In this document: in pieces, positions 1 to 9,511 of the stretch | Position numbering within the stretch: the first letter of the stretch is position 1 | Layout of the letters: every line of letters starts with the position of its first letter | Assembly: GCA_964430575.1 (NCBI GenBank) | Contig: CAYSFQ010000001.1 | Coordinates: 1 to 63,798, forward strand | DNA: 63,798 bases | DNA from: an uncultured Desulfobacteraceae bacterium | GTDB taxonomy: Bacteria > Desulfobacterota > DSM-4660 > Desulfatiglandales > Desulfatiglandaceae | Direction of reading: 5' to 3' | The notes under the pieces: generated by a model | Told to the model about the DNA's origin: nothing | Database searches by the model: none | The model's input: the letters and a program-made list of their open reading frames with translations, nothing else | Made by a program: the position numbers and the translations under genes

Positions 1-365
1 AAACGGAGAAAACAAACTTCAGCCTGTAGCCATGGGAGGCCCCGGTCTACTCGACAATCTTTTCCTGCGAGCGGATAGGCGGCAAATTGAACGACCCCAA
101 TATGTTGTGGTCGGAGAAATTGCCGGGATCTCAGCAGAGCCGAAACCTCTATTTCAGTGATGGTAAGGCATATTATAGGTTTTTGGTGGCGTGAATTCTT
201 TGTGATATTGAACATCTGATCGTTGTTAGCTCTGATATTCTTTTTTGGAAACACTGCTTCGATAGAATATTCTGTGTGACAGCTGGAATGACTTGACAAC
301 ACGCTTGTTGGCGGTTATGGAGGCAAAGGTACCTGATAATAAATGGTTCTTCAAGTAGGGGAGGG

Positions 366-1946
366 TTGATCATGGCCAGATATTTGCGGAATTCTTGGAT
401 TGTTGTTTCTCTGTTTTGCATTGCTAGTCTGACGATGTGGATTGAAACAGGAGTAGGCTCGGAAATAAATTCAGAGAAGTCAGAAAATGACGCTTTTGCC
501 AAGGTGGCTGTAAAAGGCGACCGACTGGAGTGGCATATAGATGTGCCATTTGAGAAGTTGATGGTTACCGTATCAGGCCCTGAGGAATCGAAATATGTTC
601 AGGTTTTTGTGGGAGGAAACCTTCCATTTTTTCAAATGCGGGACAATGATGGGAACCTTTTTCCTGATGGTGCCTGTAGTTACCAACTGCAAATGACCCA
701 GACTTCAAATAAAAATAGTCGCACTGACAGTCTTCCAGCAGGCAGGAATTCAAATGAGAAGCCCGGAATTAGTGAAATTTCCCAACAGAGTTTGACGCAA
801 TCGGGCGTTTTTTTTATTGAAGAACGTCAGATCATTTCAAATGAGGCTTCCGTTGAGATGGAAACAAACGTACAGACTGAACCCTCTTTTGAAACCCAGA
901 ATCCAGACTACGTCATTAATGATGATGTGATTATCACCGGCAGCGAGTGCATTGGCTTTGACTGCGCTAATGGAGAATCCTTTGGGTATGCCACTCAAAA
1001 GTATAAAGAGAACAGTCTTCAGGTTTGGTTTGAAGATACCAGCGTCGGTAGTTATCCCACAAATGACTGGAAAATCTTAATAAATGATACCACAAGCGGT
1101 GGTGCCAGCTACTTTTCCATCTTTGACACTGATGCGGGTAGAAGGCCGTTTACCATAGAAGCGGGTGCACCAGCCAATTCACTTTACGTGGAAGATTACG
1201 GCAGAATCGGTCTGGGAACATCCATACCATACGTTGAGTTGCACATTGTGGACGGCGATTCGCCCACGGTACGTCTCGATCAGGATGGTTCTTCAGGATG
1301 GACTGCTCAAAAGTGGGACATGTGTGGCAATGAGGCCAATTTTTTTATTCGGGATGTGACCAATGGATCCAAATTAACCTTCAGAATTCAGCCGAATACA
1401 CCTTCAAATATGCTAACACTTAGAAGCAGCGGAAATGGGAGGGTCGGTGTCGGGACCTGGTCTCCCGAAGCCAGGTTGCATATCGAAGGTGCCTCAGGTT
1501 CGACGGATCCATTGCTTCTGATCGAAAGAGCTGGTTTGACGACACCCAAGACGTATTTGACGGTAAAAGACAGCGGCGATGTGGAGATTCTGAAAACCAT
1601 CGGGGAAGGGTCGGATCGGAACCAGAAGAAAAACATCGAACCCATCGATACGGCGATTATATTGGCCGGGGTTGTCAATATGCCCATATCCGAATGGAAT
1701 TACAAAGTTGATGACGATGCGGTCCGACATATGGGACCCATGGCGCAGGATTTTCACGCAGCATTCGGTTTGGGTCAGGATGACAAGCATATTGCATCAA
1801 TTGATGCGTCCGGCGTATCGCTAGCCGCTATCCAGGAACTGAACAAACAGCTTGAATTGCAGAAGGAGATGATCCTTAAACAAGATGAAATTATTCAGAT
1901 TTTAAAGGAACAGATCGCACAGCTGGGGAAAAAGATCAACAAATAA
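366..1946 (+). CDS. Secreted tail-fibre-like protein with C-terminal peptidase S74 (intramolecular chaperone) domain
   Basis: 526-aa ORF with GGGAGG RBS and signal-peptide-like N-terminus. GRIGLGTSIP / GRVGVGTWSP fibre-type motifs. S74 signature SDRNQKKNIEPID...WNYK...HMGPMAQDF...AAIQEL, then a coiled-coil tail. Confidence 0.85.
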   Translation: MIMARYLRNSWIVVSLFCIASLTMWIETGVGSEINSEKSENDAFAKVAVKGDRLEWHIDVPFEKLMVTVSGPEESKYVQVFVGGNLPFFQMRDNDGNLFPDGACSYQLQMTQTSNKNSRTDSLPAGRNSNEKPGISEISQQSLTQSGVFFIEERQIISNEASVEMETNVQTEPSFETQNPDYVINDDVIITGSECIGFDCANGESFGYATQKYKENSLQVWFEDTSVGSYPTNDWKILINDTTSGGASYFSIFDTDAGRRPFTIEAGAPANSLYVEDYGRIGLGTSIPYVELHIVDGDSPTVRLDQDGSSGWTAQKWDMCGNEANFFIRDVTNGSKLTFRIQPNTPSNMLTLRSSGNGRVGVGTWSPEARLHIEGASGSTDPLLLIERAGLTTPKTYLTVKDSGDVEILKTIGEGSDRNQKKNIEPIDTAIILAGVVNMPISEWNYKVDDDAVRHMGPMAQDFHAAFGLGQDDKHIASIDASGVSLAAIQELNKQLELQKEMILKQDEIIQILKEQIAQLGKKINK

Positions 1947-2313
1947 TTTACTGTTATTCCAGGAGTTTTGGTTTAGTGTTTATGTCATCCGATTAACTAC
2001 CTGAAAAGTCCACGGGAGATTTTTCGCTTTGGAAAAAGAGAACTCGACCTTAGGGCTTGTTTTTGGCGCTTAAAGAGGTAGAGGAACCAAAACCAGATTT
2101 CAGAGCATCATGGAAGCTGTGAGAAAAGAGTCCCACATCTTGTGGTCCCCTCAGCGATGGTCAGCCGTCACGTAACGGAGGGTTCCTTATTATAGTTCCG
2201 TCAAGTAATTTTCAGGCCACAGAATAATACATCTGGCGGTCTTCCGTCGCGGTGTAATTCTGGGGACACAATAAATTACTGACAATTGCCGCCAGTCATT
2301 TCATTATCCATCC

Positions 2314-2379
2314 ATGGCACGCATAGCACGAATCGTTGTCCCCAGCCGTATCATATACGCAGCGCGAGAGCACATGTGA
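2314..2379 (+). pseudogene. Decayed N-terminal fragment of a REP-associated tyrosine (Y1/RAYT-type) transposase
   Basis: ATG at 2314 reads MARIARIVVP. After small deletions the DNA reads ccg tat cat at acg cag cgc = P-Y-H-(I)-T-Q-R, matching the RAYT N-terminal consensus MARxARxVVPGxPxHxTQRG. Stop at 2377-2379. Confidence 0.6.
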
Positions 2380-2437
2380 AGAAACGAGATAATGCGCTTA
2401 AAAGTGTCACCCTTGTTGAAGTTGATTTCTGAGAGCA

Positions 2438-3142
2438 TCAACCTGGAAGCTTATCTGAAATGGCTTGATGGATCTTGTCCATTAAGCGCTGAGTGTCCTT
2501 CTTCCTATAGCCTGTAAGGGAAATGGGATTTCCGATGTAAAGGCTGTAAGATCCCTTATTGATGCGAAGACTCCCCTTTGTGGCGATCCGATGGCTTCCG
2601 TTGATAACCATCGGCACGATATCGCAGCCTGATTTTAAAGCCAGGTTGAAGCCTCCCCGTTTGAAGGATTGCAGGCGGCCGTCCACACTCCGTGTGCCTT
2701 CGGGAAAAATGAGTACCGAGGCCCCATCTTTGATTCTTTGCGCTGCCAAGGCGATGCTTTTCACCGCTTTTCTCGGTTCTGTTCTTTCTATGCCGATATA
2801 ACCGGCACGGGTCATGGCGGGACCGAGAAGAGGGATTTTCATAAGTTCCTGTTTCAGGATGAACTTGAAATCCACCGGAAGAAATGCCAGGACTGTCCAG
2901 ATGTCAAAAAAACTCTGGTGGTTGCACATGTAGATGCGGGGGACTTCCGGGTTTACATTCTCCCGGCCGCTAACGGTGACCTGAATGCCGCAGACTCTCA
3001 AGATGACTTTGGCCCACGGCACGGCACAACGAAAATGAACCGTTCGCGCTGAGCCGCCAAAGATGGGAATCACCAATCCCCATAAACACATGATAATAGA
3101 AAAAAGACCAATGAAGGCGTTTAAGGCGATATATCTCAACAT
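2438..3142 (-). CDS. plsC: 1-acyl-sn-glycerol-3-phosphate acyltransferase
   Basis: NHQSFFD (HX4D) and FPEGTRS motifs; N-terminal TM segment. Confidence 0.92.
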   Translation of the reverse strand: MLRYIALNAFIGLFSIIMCLWGLVIPIFGGSARTVHFRCAVPWAKVILRVCGIQVTVSGRENVNPEVPRIYMCNHQSFFDIWTVLAFLPVDFKFILKQELMKIPLLGPAMTRAGYIGIERTEPRKAVKSIALAAQRIKDGASVLIFPEGTRSVDGRLQSFKRGGFNLALKSGCDIVPMVINGSHRIATKGSLRINKGSYSLYIGNPISLTGYRKKDTQRLMDKIHQAISDKLPG

Positions 3143-3184
3143 GTTCGGCAGTTTCTCCCTGTTGTTGTTTAAGGGGGAGCGGCA

Positions 3185-4801
3185 TTAGTCCCGTTTTCGA
3201 CGATCCAAATGTTTTTCCACCTCGTTTTTCGCCAAGTCCTGGTAAGCATGGAAAAGTCTGCCGCAGAAGTTGTCCCATTGCTGACAGATGCGAACAGTTT
3301 CCTCGCTCATTTCAACGAGGCTGGGATACGAAACCAAGCCGGAAATTTCGTCTGATAACGCATCTACGATTTTCTTGTCAGTGCCTGGCAGCAGGTTTTT
3401 AACGAATTCTGATGGAGGATACCATTCGGACACCTTTTGCAGGTCCCGGTGGATCTGAGCCAGCAGGACATTCCTTGGACCTTCCCATAACTCGTTGACG
3501 GCTGCGTCGCGATACAACCGCGGCAGACTTGAAAAGTCTTCCATGACCCCGTGTCCACCGAAGATGGACATGGCTGTTCTCAATACGTCCACCGTATCCC
3601 ATGAGGCGGTTATTTTCTGAAGCATGACCAACTCGCGAACATCAAAACGCTTCTTTTTCAAGGAATCCGGTTCGTCAGTTGCAATCCCGCCCCCGGGGCT
3701 ACTATTGAGCTCGATAAAATCCCTGTACAGCTTAAAAGCCCCTGCGGTTGTTCTCCGGGCAAAATTCTCGACGTCCTTGAGCTGGGCTTCCACCATGGGA
3801 AAGCGACCTATTTTCAACCCGAATGCGTTCCGCAATTCGCTATACTTCCTGGCTTCGCGGGCAGCGCGGGTCATGCTGGCCGCACCCGACAGGCCGACCG
3901 TAACCCGAGAGTAGGTCAAAACGATGCCCACCACATTGGCGATGCCTCTCTCTAACGGCCCAACAGGATATGCCACAGCCCCGTCGTAAACAATTTCCGC
4001 GGTGGTCAATTCGCTGGTGCCCATTTTCCATTTGATACGGTCAATGGCGAAACCGTTTCGGATTTCTTTTTCTTTGTTCCCGGGTAGCCAGGAAGGAACG
4101 ATGAACAGGGCTACTTTTTCAGAACCTGCAGGCTTTGCGGTCACCACGGCATAATCGGCGTGGGTTGCCGAGCAGAAAAATTTTGTGCCATAAAGCCGCC
4201 AGGCATCTCCCTCTTTCACCGCCTCCAGGACATTGGCCGGAACATCCGATCCCCCTTGGATTTCAGAGAGATATTGGGCGCCGATGCCAAAGTCTCCATC
4301 GATTCCTTCCTTACAGTGGCGGAGGATGCGTTTCAGTTCGGGGGTGTCAGCGAAGTTCTCCAGTATGGCCACCAACCCTTCCGTGCAGGTCAGGGGACAG
4401 ACAATGCAGGCCTCCCCGTTCTGATAGAGGAGGAACATTTTTGTGAGCTTTTCCCAGGATGAGGTTTTGGCGGAAAAGAGTCCTTCGGAAAAGGCTTCTT
4501 TTTCCATGATTACCGTTTCCAGCGGTCTTTCAATCCTGTCGATACGGTGGTTGTGCCCGTCAAAATGCGTCACATAGGGCCTTTTCTCAGGCTGCGCGAT
4601 GGTGTCAGCCATGTCTCTCCACCGATAGGAAACCTGGGGCGAAAATTTCCGTGCGGCCCGGTCCACCTGTTTCCACGCGTCTCCTGTATAGGTCTTTATT
4701 ACGGCCTGGATAAAAGGGTCATCTGCGTAATAGTCTACCCTATCCCGCCACTCAAGAAATGCGTCAAAGCTGTAAGGATTATTTCTATCTGGATATGACA
4801 T
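3185..4801 (-). CDS. Acyl-CoA dehydrogenase family protein, AidB-like
   Basis: CPLTCT, AQYLSEIQGGSDV, GTKFFCS, KMGTSELTTAEI, FGGHGVMEDF, NELWEGPRNVL motifs. Confidence 0.85.
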   Translation of the reverse strand: MSYPDRNNPYSFDAFLEWRDRVDYYADDPFIQAVIKTYTGDAWKQVDRAARKFSPQVSYRWRDMADTIAQPEKRPYVTHFDGHNHRIDRIERPLETVIMEKEAFSEGLFSAKTSSWEKLTKMFLLYQNGEACIVCPLTCTEGLVAILENFADTPELKRILRHCKEGIDGDFGIGAQYLSEIQGGSDVPANVLEAVKEGDAWRLYGTKFFCSATHADYAVVTAKPAGSEKVALFIVPSWLPGNKEKEIRNGFAIDRIKWKMGTSELTTAEIVYDGAVAYPVGPLERGIANVVGIVLTYSRVTVGLSGAASMTRAAREARKYSELRNAFGLKIGRFPMVEAQLKDVENFARRTTAGAFKLYRDFIELNSSPGGGIATDEPDSLKKKRFDVRELVMLQKITASWDTVDVLRTAMSIFGGHGVMEDFSSLPRLYRDAAVNELWEGPRNVLLAQIHRDLQKVSEWYPPSEFVKNLLPGTDKKIVDALSDEISGLVSYPSLVEMSEETVRICQQWDNFCGRLFHAYQDLAKNEVEKHLDRRKRD

Positions 4802-4831
4802 TTTTGGGTCTCCCGCCCCGGGGCCTCAGTC

Positions 4832-5623
4832 TTACTTCCTTCGAGATTCCAGGAAGCGCTTAACCGCCTGTTTATGCTCGGCTGTCTGAAACAATATGGA
4901 TTGATGCACCGCCTCCCGCTCCAGAATTTCAGACAGGTTCATGTCCAGGCCCGCGTCCAACCCTTGCTTGATGGAGGATAGCGCCTTGGGAGACTTTGCG
5001 GCCAGCATTTTCGCCAGGGCGGCAACTTCTCCATCGAGCGCTTCATCCTCAACGGATTTGTAGATAAGGCCCATGGAAGCGGCGGTTTCTCCATCAATCG
5101 CTTCGCCGAGCATGGCGAGTTCTTTTGCCTTGGCCAAGCCGACCAGCCGGGGAAGAAAAAATGTGCCCCCTGCGTCCAGGCCCAAGCCCAGGTGGACAAA
5201 GACCTCTTGAAACCGGGCGTTGTGCGAGGCCACAACAAAATCACCGGCCAGCGCAAGGTTAGCCCCGGCGCCTATGGCAACTCCCCGTACTTTGCATAAA
5301 ACGGGCTGCGGGATCTCGCGGATACTCTTTATCATTGCGCTAGCCGATCTCATGATTGCCAGGTATTCCGGGGCGGATCTTCCTGCACCCAGAAAATTAA
5401 TGTCCCCTCCACTGGAGAAATTTTCTCCCGAACCTTCGAGGATCACCACCCGTACTTCTTCGTCTGCCCCTATGGCCTGAAAAGCTTTCCGCAGCGCCAT
5501 GGCCATATCCGAGCCAAGAGCGTTCATGACAGCTGGACGGTTCAAGACTACGGTGCACAAATCTCCCTCTTTTTGAAGCACGACACAAGCTTGCCCAGGA
5601 GTGGGTCTTGGCTCAGCGTTCAT
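4832..5623 (-). CDS. Enoyl-CoA hydratase/isomerase family, PaaG-like (Asp-type)
   Basis: LNRP..NAL, FSSGGD, GAGANLALAGD, FVHLGLGLDAGG. Lacks the two crotonase Glu residues. Confidence 0.88.
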   Translation of the reverse strand: MNAEPRPTPGQACVVLQKEGDLCTVVLNRPAVMNALGSDMAMALRKAFQAIGADEEVRVVILEGSGENFSSGGDINFLGAGRSAPEYLAIMRSASAMIKSIREIPQPVLCKVRGVAIGAGANLALAGDFVVASHNARFQEVFVHLGLGLDAGGTFFLPRLVGLAKAKELAMLGEAIDGETAASMGLIYKSVEDEALDGEVAALAKMLAAKSPKALSSIKQGLDAGLDMNLSEILEREAVHQSILFQTAEHKQAVKRFLESRRK

Positions 5624-5640
5624 TTCGGGCCCCTTGACTT

Positions 5641-5682
5641 AAAATAGCCTGATCCCGCCATAATTCGGGGATCAGGCGTTTT
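5641..5682 (-). terminator. Intrinsic terminator / mRNA-stabilising hairpin after the substrate-binding protein gene
   Basis: 10-bp stem GCCTGATCCC (5647-5656) / GGGATCAGGC (5668-5677), flanked by AAAA and TTTT. Confidence 0.6.
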
Positions 5683-5689
5683 GAGCCGG

Positions 5690-6874
5690 CTAATAACCCA
5701 AAACCTTTTTTTGGCCCGTTGGAGAAACCCATTTCCCATCTTTGACCTGAAGTAATATGGATTCATCAGATCCAAGGTGTTTTTGGGGTCCGAAACTGAT
5801 AATAGGCCCACCAAAAGGATGCTGATATCCTGTAATGCTTTCAAGGGCTTTGATGAAGTTATTCAGGGTCAGTTTCTTTCCTGCTTTTTCAAGGGCAATA
5901 ACAGCAAGATCCGCACTGAAATAGCCTTGTTGAGCCACTTCTGAAGGCATTTTGCCAAATCGTTTTTTATAGTTCTCGAAAAACACTTTTGCTTTCCCGG
6001 TTGCCTGGTCTTCATACATGATCGGGATAGACGTTACAGCGTATAATCCTTCGACGCCTTTCAAGCCTTTCAGCGGAATGACATAGTTACAGGCGGCAGT
6101 CTGGCCCACCATATCGACATCCCATCCCATTTTTCGTGCGGTTGACACAGCAATGATCGTATCTTTGATGATGGTGCCCAACATGACCACATCACATTTT
6201 GCGTCCCTCAATTTGTTAATAGCCCCGACAAAATTGGTTTCTGCTGCCTTGTGCGTTGTTTCAGCAACGAGTGTCATATTCATTTCTTTTAACTGATCTT
6301 TAACGGCCTCGGCAGTTTCAAGCCCAAAATCGGTATCCTGATACATCATGCAAACACGTTCTTTGCCTTTTTTTTCCACAAAATACTTTAATCCTGCTCT
6401 TACATTACCATAGTACGGCGCCAGGTTGGCAAATTTTAGTTTGCTATGGGGTTCGTACATGGACCGTGCCGCTGTGAAAGGAAACAGATTCGGTACGTTT
6501 TTCTTTTTCAACATTGGAAAGATTGCGTTGTTCATGGGTGTGCCGATGCTTGCAATGAGAAAAAAGGCCTTATCCCGGTTAACCAGTTTGTTGGCTTTTT
6601 GAACTGCGATGGGCACCCTGTATTGTGAATCTTCCACAATATATTTAATCTTACGTCCATAGATTCCACCGGCTTCGTTGGCTTCATCGAAGCGCATTCT
6701 GACGCCGTTGGTTGCGTCAATGCCCCAACCGGCAACGGGTCCGCTAAGAGCCGTATGAGTGCCAACGACAATTTGGTTTTTCGAGACACCACGGGTTCCG
6801 GCTTGAACCGCCACGACCATTCCCAGCAAAAAAACGACACATAAGAACATTTTCAAAAGTTTTCTACCTTTCAT
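5690..6874 (-). CDS. ABC transporter substrate-binding protein, LIV/HAAT (PBP1) family
   Basis: Signal peptide; ALSGPVAGWG, NEAGGIYGRKI..IVEDSQY, YQDTDFG motifs. Confidence 0.9.
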   Translation of the reverse strand: MKGRKLLKMFLCVVFLLGMVVAVQAGTRGVSKNQIVVGTHTALSGPVAGWGIDATNGVRMRFDEANEAGGIYGRKIKYIVEDSQYRVPIAVQKANKLVNRDKAFFLIASIGTPMNNAIFPMLKKKNVPNLFPFTAARSMYEPHSKLKFANLAPYYGNVRAGLKYFVEKKGKERVCMMYQDTDFGLETAEAVKDQLKEMNMTLVAETTHKAAETNFVGAINKLRDAKCDVVMLGTIIKDTIIAVSTARKMGWDVDMVGQTAACNYVIPLKGLKGVEGLYAVTSIPIMYEDQATGKAKVFFENYKKRFGKMPSEVAQQGYFSADLAVIALEKAGKKLTLNNFIKALESITGYQHPFGGPIISFGPQKHLGSDESILLQVKDGKWVSPTGQKKVLGY

Positions 6875-6891
6875 CTCCTCTTCCTCCTTTT

Positions 6892-8724
6892 CTATAGATA
6901 CATTGACGTAATTAAATCCTCATACTTTTTATTGACGAAATTTCGTTTCAGTTTCATGGTGGGTGTGAGTTCATCATCTTCCGCTGTTAAGAGTTGATCG
7001 ATCAATCGTATCTTCTTGATTTGTTCCACCCGGGCGAATTGTTTGTTTACGTTTACCGTTTCTTCCCATATCAGCTCTGTAATCTCTTTGGCTTTGCACA
7101 AGCTAGCATAATTAGTATAGGGGATATCGTTGTCCTGGGCGTGCTTCTCAACATTTTCCTGGTCAATCAGAATGAGACAGGTTAAGTATTTTTTCGCGTC
7201 ACCAATGACAACGGCATCGGTGATATAGGGTGAAAATTTTAATTGGTTTTCAATCTCACTGGGGGAGATGTTTTTTCCACCTGCGGTAATGATGATATCT
7301 TTCAAACGATCTGTGATGGTGACAAACCCCTCATCATCCATTTTTCCCACATCACCTGTGTACAGCCATCCATCAACGACCGTTTCCGCGGTTTTATCGG
7401 GCTGGTTCAAATAACCTAAGAATACGCCGGGGCTCTCTATCAAGATCTCTCCTTCACCGGAAATCTTGATGTCGGTACCAGGGATTGCCTGGCCTATGGA
7501 GCCCAGTTTTGAATTTCCAATAATATTTGCCGTACCAACGCCGCAACACTCCGTTTGTCCATAAGCTTCAAACATTTCTACGCCCATGGATAGATACCAT
7601 CTTATTAAGTCGGGTGAGATGGGCGCAGCACCCGTCCCCGCCCATCTGAGCCTGTCGAGACCCATCATCCGCAGGATATTATCCAAGACTGTTTTTTTTG
7701 CAATCCAATAAATGGCGGATAAAAGCGGTGGGATCGATTTTCGCTTGATTTTATAAGATGAAGCCCGTTTTCCTATCTTGACAGCCATATGATAAGCCCA
7801 TTTACCGAAATGGGTTGCATCCTTGACTTGAAGTTGAATAACAGCATAGAACTTCTCCCAGATTCGCGGAACCGCTATAAATATGGTTGGCGACAATTCC
7901 CTGATATTTTCCGGGACGGTATCGGGTCCTTCCACAAAATTGACGGTAGCACAGGATTTCAGCGGTATGAGGATTGTAAGAAGCCTTTCCAGTATGTGGC
8001 AAAGGGGCAGGAAGGAAAGCTGTTCATCTTGATCATTGATTTCAAGAATTTTGTCGAATGTTTCAATCTGGTACATACAATTGAGATGCGTTATCATCGA
8101 TCCTTTCGGTGGGCCGGTCGTGCCGGATGTGTATATCAACACCATCAAGTCTTCCGGTTTGGTTTTATCGATTTCGCGATTCCAGAGATCCGGGTGATCC
8201 TTATAATGGGTTCGACCCAATTCATACAAGTCTTCCATCATCATGACGTGATCATCGGCGAATTCATGTAACCCTTCCGGATCAAATACAATGACTTTTT
8301 TAATCGTTGGCGTATTTTCTCTTACCTCCAGATATTTATCCAACTGTTCTTCATTTTCAACAAATAAAAACCGGGTTCTGGAATCTGTCACCAGGTATTC
8401 CAATTGTTGACTCGAATCAGTGGTATAAACCCCGCTTGTGACGCCGCCGCTGCCAAGGATGCCCATATCGGTGAATAACCATTCCTTATTATTATCACTG
8501 ACAATTGAGCAAACATCTCCCCGATTTAATCCCAACGCAAGGAGTCCCATGCCGATTTCTCTGGCTTTGTTGCCGTAATCCGCCCAGGTGAAAGATTCCC
8601 ATATACCGAAGTTTTTTTCCCTCATGGCGATTTTATTTCCCAACTGCAGCACTCGATGGCGAAAGAGCTTTATTATTGTATCGCAGCCTTCAATGAGAAC
8701 CGGATCGTATTCTGGTATGGTCAT
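6892..8724 (-). CDS. Long-chain-fatty-acid--CoA ligase (FadD15/bubblegum-like)
   Basis: YTSGTTGPPKG, AVPRIWEK, YGQTE, TGDVG, DRLKDIIITAGGKNISP, ELTPTMKLKR. Confidence 0.92.
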   Translation of the reverse strand: MTIPEYDPVLIEGCDTIIKLFRHRVLQLGNKIAMREKNFGIWESFTWADYGNKAREIGMGLLALGLNRGDVCSIVSDNNKEWLFTDMGILGSGGVTSGVYTTDSSQQLEYLVTDSRTRFLFVENEEQLDKYLEVRENTPTIKKVIVFDPEGLHEFADDHVMMMEDLYELGRTHYKDHPDLWNREIDKTKPEDLMVLIYTSGTTGPPKGSMITHLNCMYQIETFDKILEINDQDEQLSFLPLCHILERLLTILIPLKSCATVNFVEGPDTVPENIRELSPTIFIAVPRIWEKFYAVIQLQVKDATHFGKWAYHMAVKIGKRASSYKIKRKSIPPLLSAIYWIAKKTVLDNILRMMGLDRLRWAGTGAAPISPDLIRWYLSMGVEMFEAYGQTECCGVGTANIIGNSKLGSIGQAIPGTDIKISGEGEILIESPGVFLGYLNQPDKTAETVVDGWLYTGDVGKMDDEGFVTITDRLKDIIITAGGKNISPSEIENQLKFSPYITDAVVIGDAKKYLTCLILIDQENVEKHAQDNDIPYTNYASLCKAKEITELIWEETVNVNKQFARVEQIKKIRLIDQLLTAEDDELTPTMKLKRNFVNKKYEDLITSMYL

Positions 8725-8737
8725 AAGCTAATCTTTT

Positions 8738-9511
8738 CTATCGCCAGGTTTTCCGTTTTTTCCACCTGCGTCTGCCCCTCACGCCTTCGTCCTTTATCCC
8801 CATGTAAAACTCTTTAATGTCATCGCTTGCCATCAGATTTTCACAGGTGTCTTCCATCACAATTCGTCCATTTTCCAACACATAACCGTACGCGCTGTTT
8901 TGCAGCGCCATGTTTGCATTTTGCTCCACCAGCAACATGGTCATTTTCTCTGCGGTGTTTAACCGTTTGATGATGGTGAAAATGTCTTGAACGAAAAGGG
9001 GAGACAGACCCAGTGAGGGCTCGTCCAGCAGCATCAGTTTGGGGCGGGCCATCATGGCGCGACCCAGCACCAGCATCTGCTGTTGTCCTCCCGATAAAAG
9101 CCCTGATTTCTGTTTGTTGCGTACTTTTAATTCAGGGAAATAATCATAAACAGTTTCCAGATCCTCGTTGATTTCTTTTTTATCTCTTCGACTGTACGCC
9201 CCCATCAACAGATTTTCATGAATCGACAACAGGGGAAAGACCTCTCTTCCCTCGGGAACATGGGCGATTCCTTTTCGTGCAACCCAATCCGGATTCCGTT
9301 TTTGAATCTCGTTTCCCAGAAACTCAACTTTTCCTTTTTGAGGGTCCATGGCGCCGGATATGGTTTTCAAAATGGTGGTTTTACCGGCGCCGTTTGCGCC
9401 CAGAATGGCAACAATTTGTCCCTTTTGAACATCAAGGCTGATCCCCTTAATCGCCAGTATGGGACCGTAGTAAGTCTCAATATTTCTTAAGGTTAATATG
9501 TTGTCAGCCAT
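8738..9511 (-). CDS. livF: ABC transporter ATP-binding protein, LivF-like
   Basis: GANGAGKT, VPEGR, LSGGQQQML, LLDEPSLGL, VEQNA. Confidence 0.92.
   Translation of the reverse strand: MADNILTLRNIETYYGPILAIKGISLDVQKGQIVAILGANGAGKTTILKTISGAMDPQKGKVEFLGNEIQKRNPDWVARKGIAHVPEGREVFPLLSIHENLLMGAYSRRDKKEINEDLETVYDYFPELKVRNKQKSGLLSGGQQQMLVLGRAMMARPKLMLLDEPSLGLSPLFVQDIFTIIKRLNTAEKMTMLLVEQNANMALQNSAYGYVLENGRIVMEDTCENLMASDDIKEFYMGIKDEGVRGRRRWKKRKTWR

Noticed and set aside
1-365. Possible 3' gene fragment (frame 2 open to TGA at 158-160) and the 173..502 minus ORF
   Set aside because: No recognisable motif; the minus ORF overlaps the S74 gene start and looks like a shadow.
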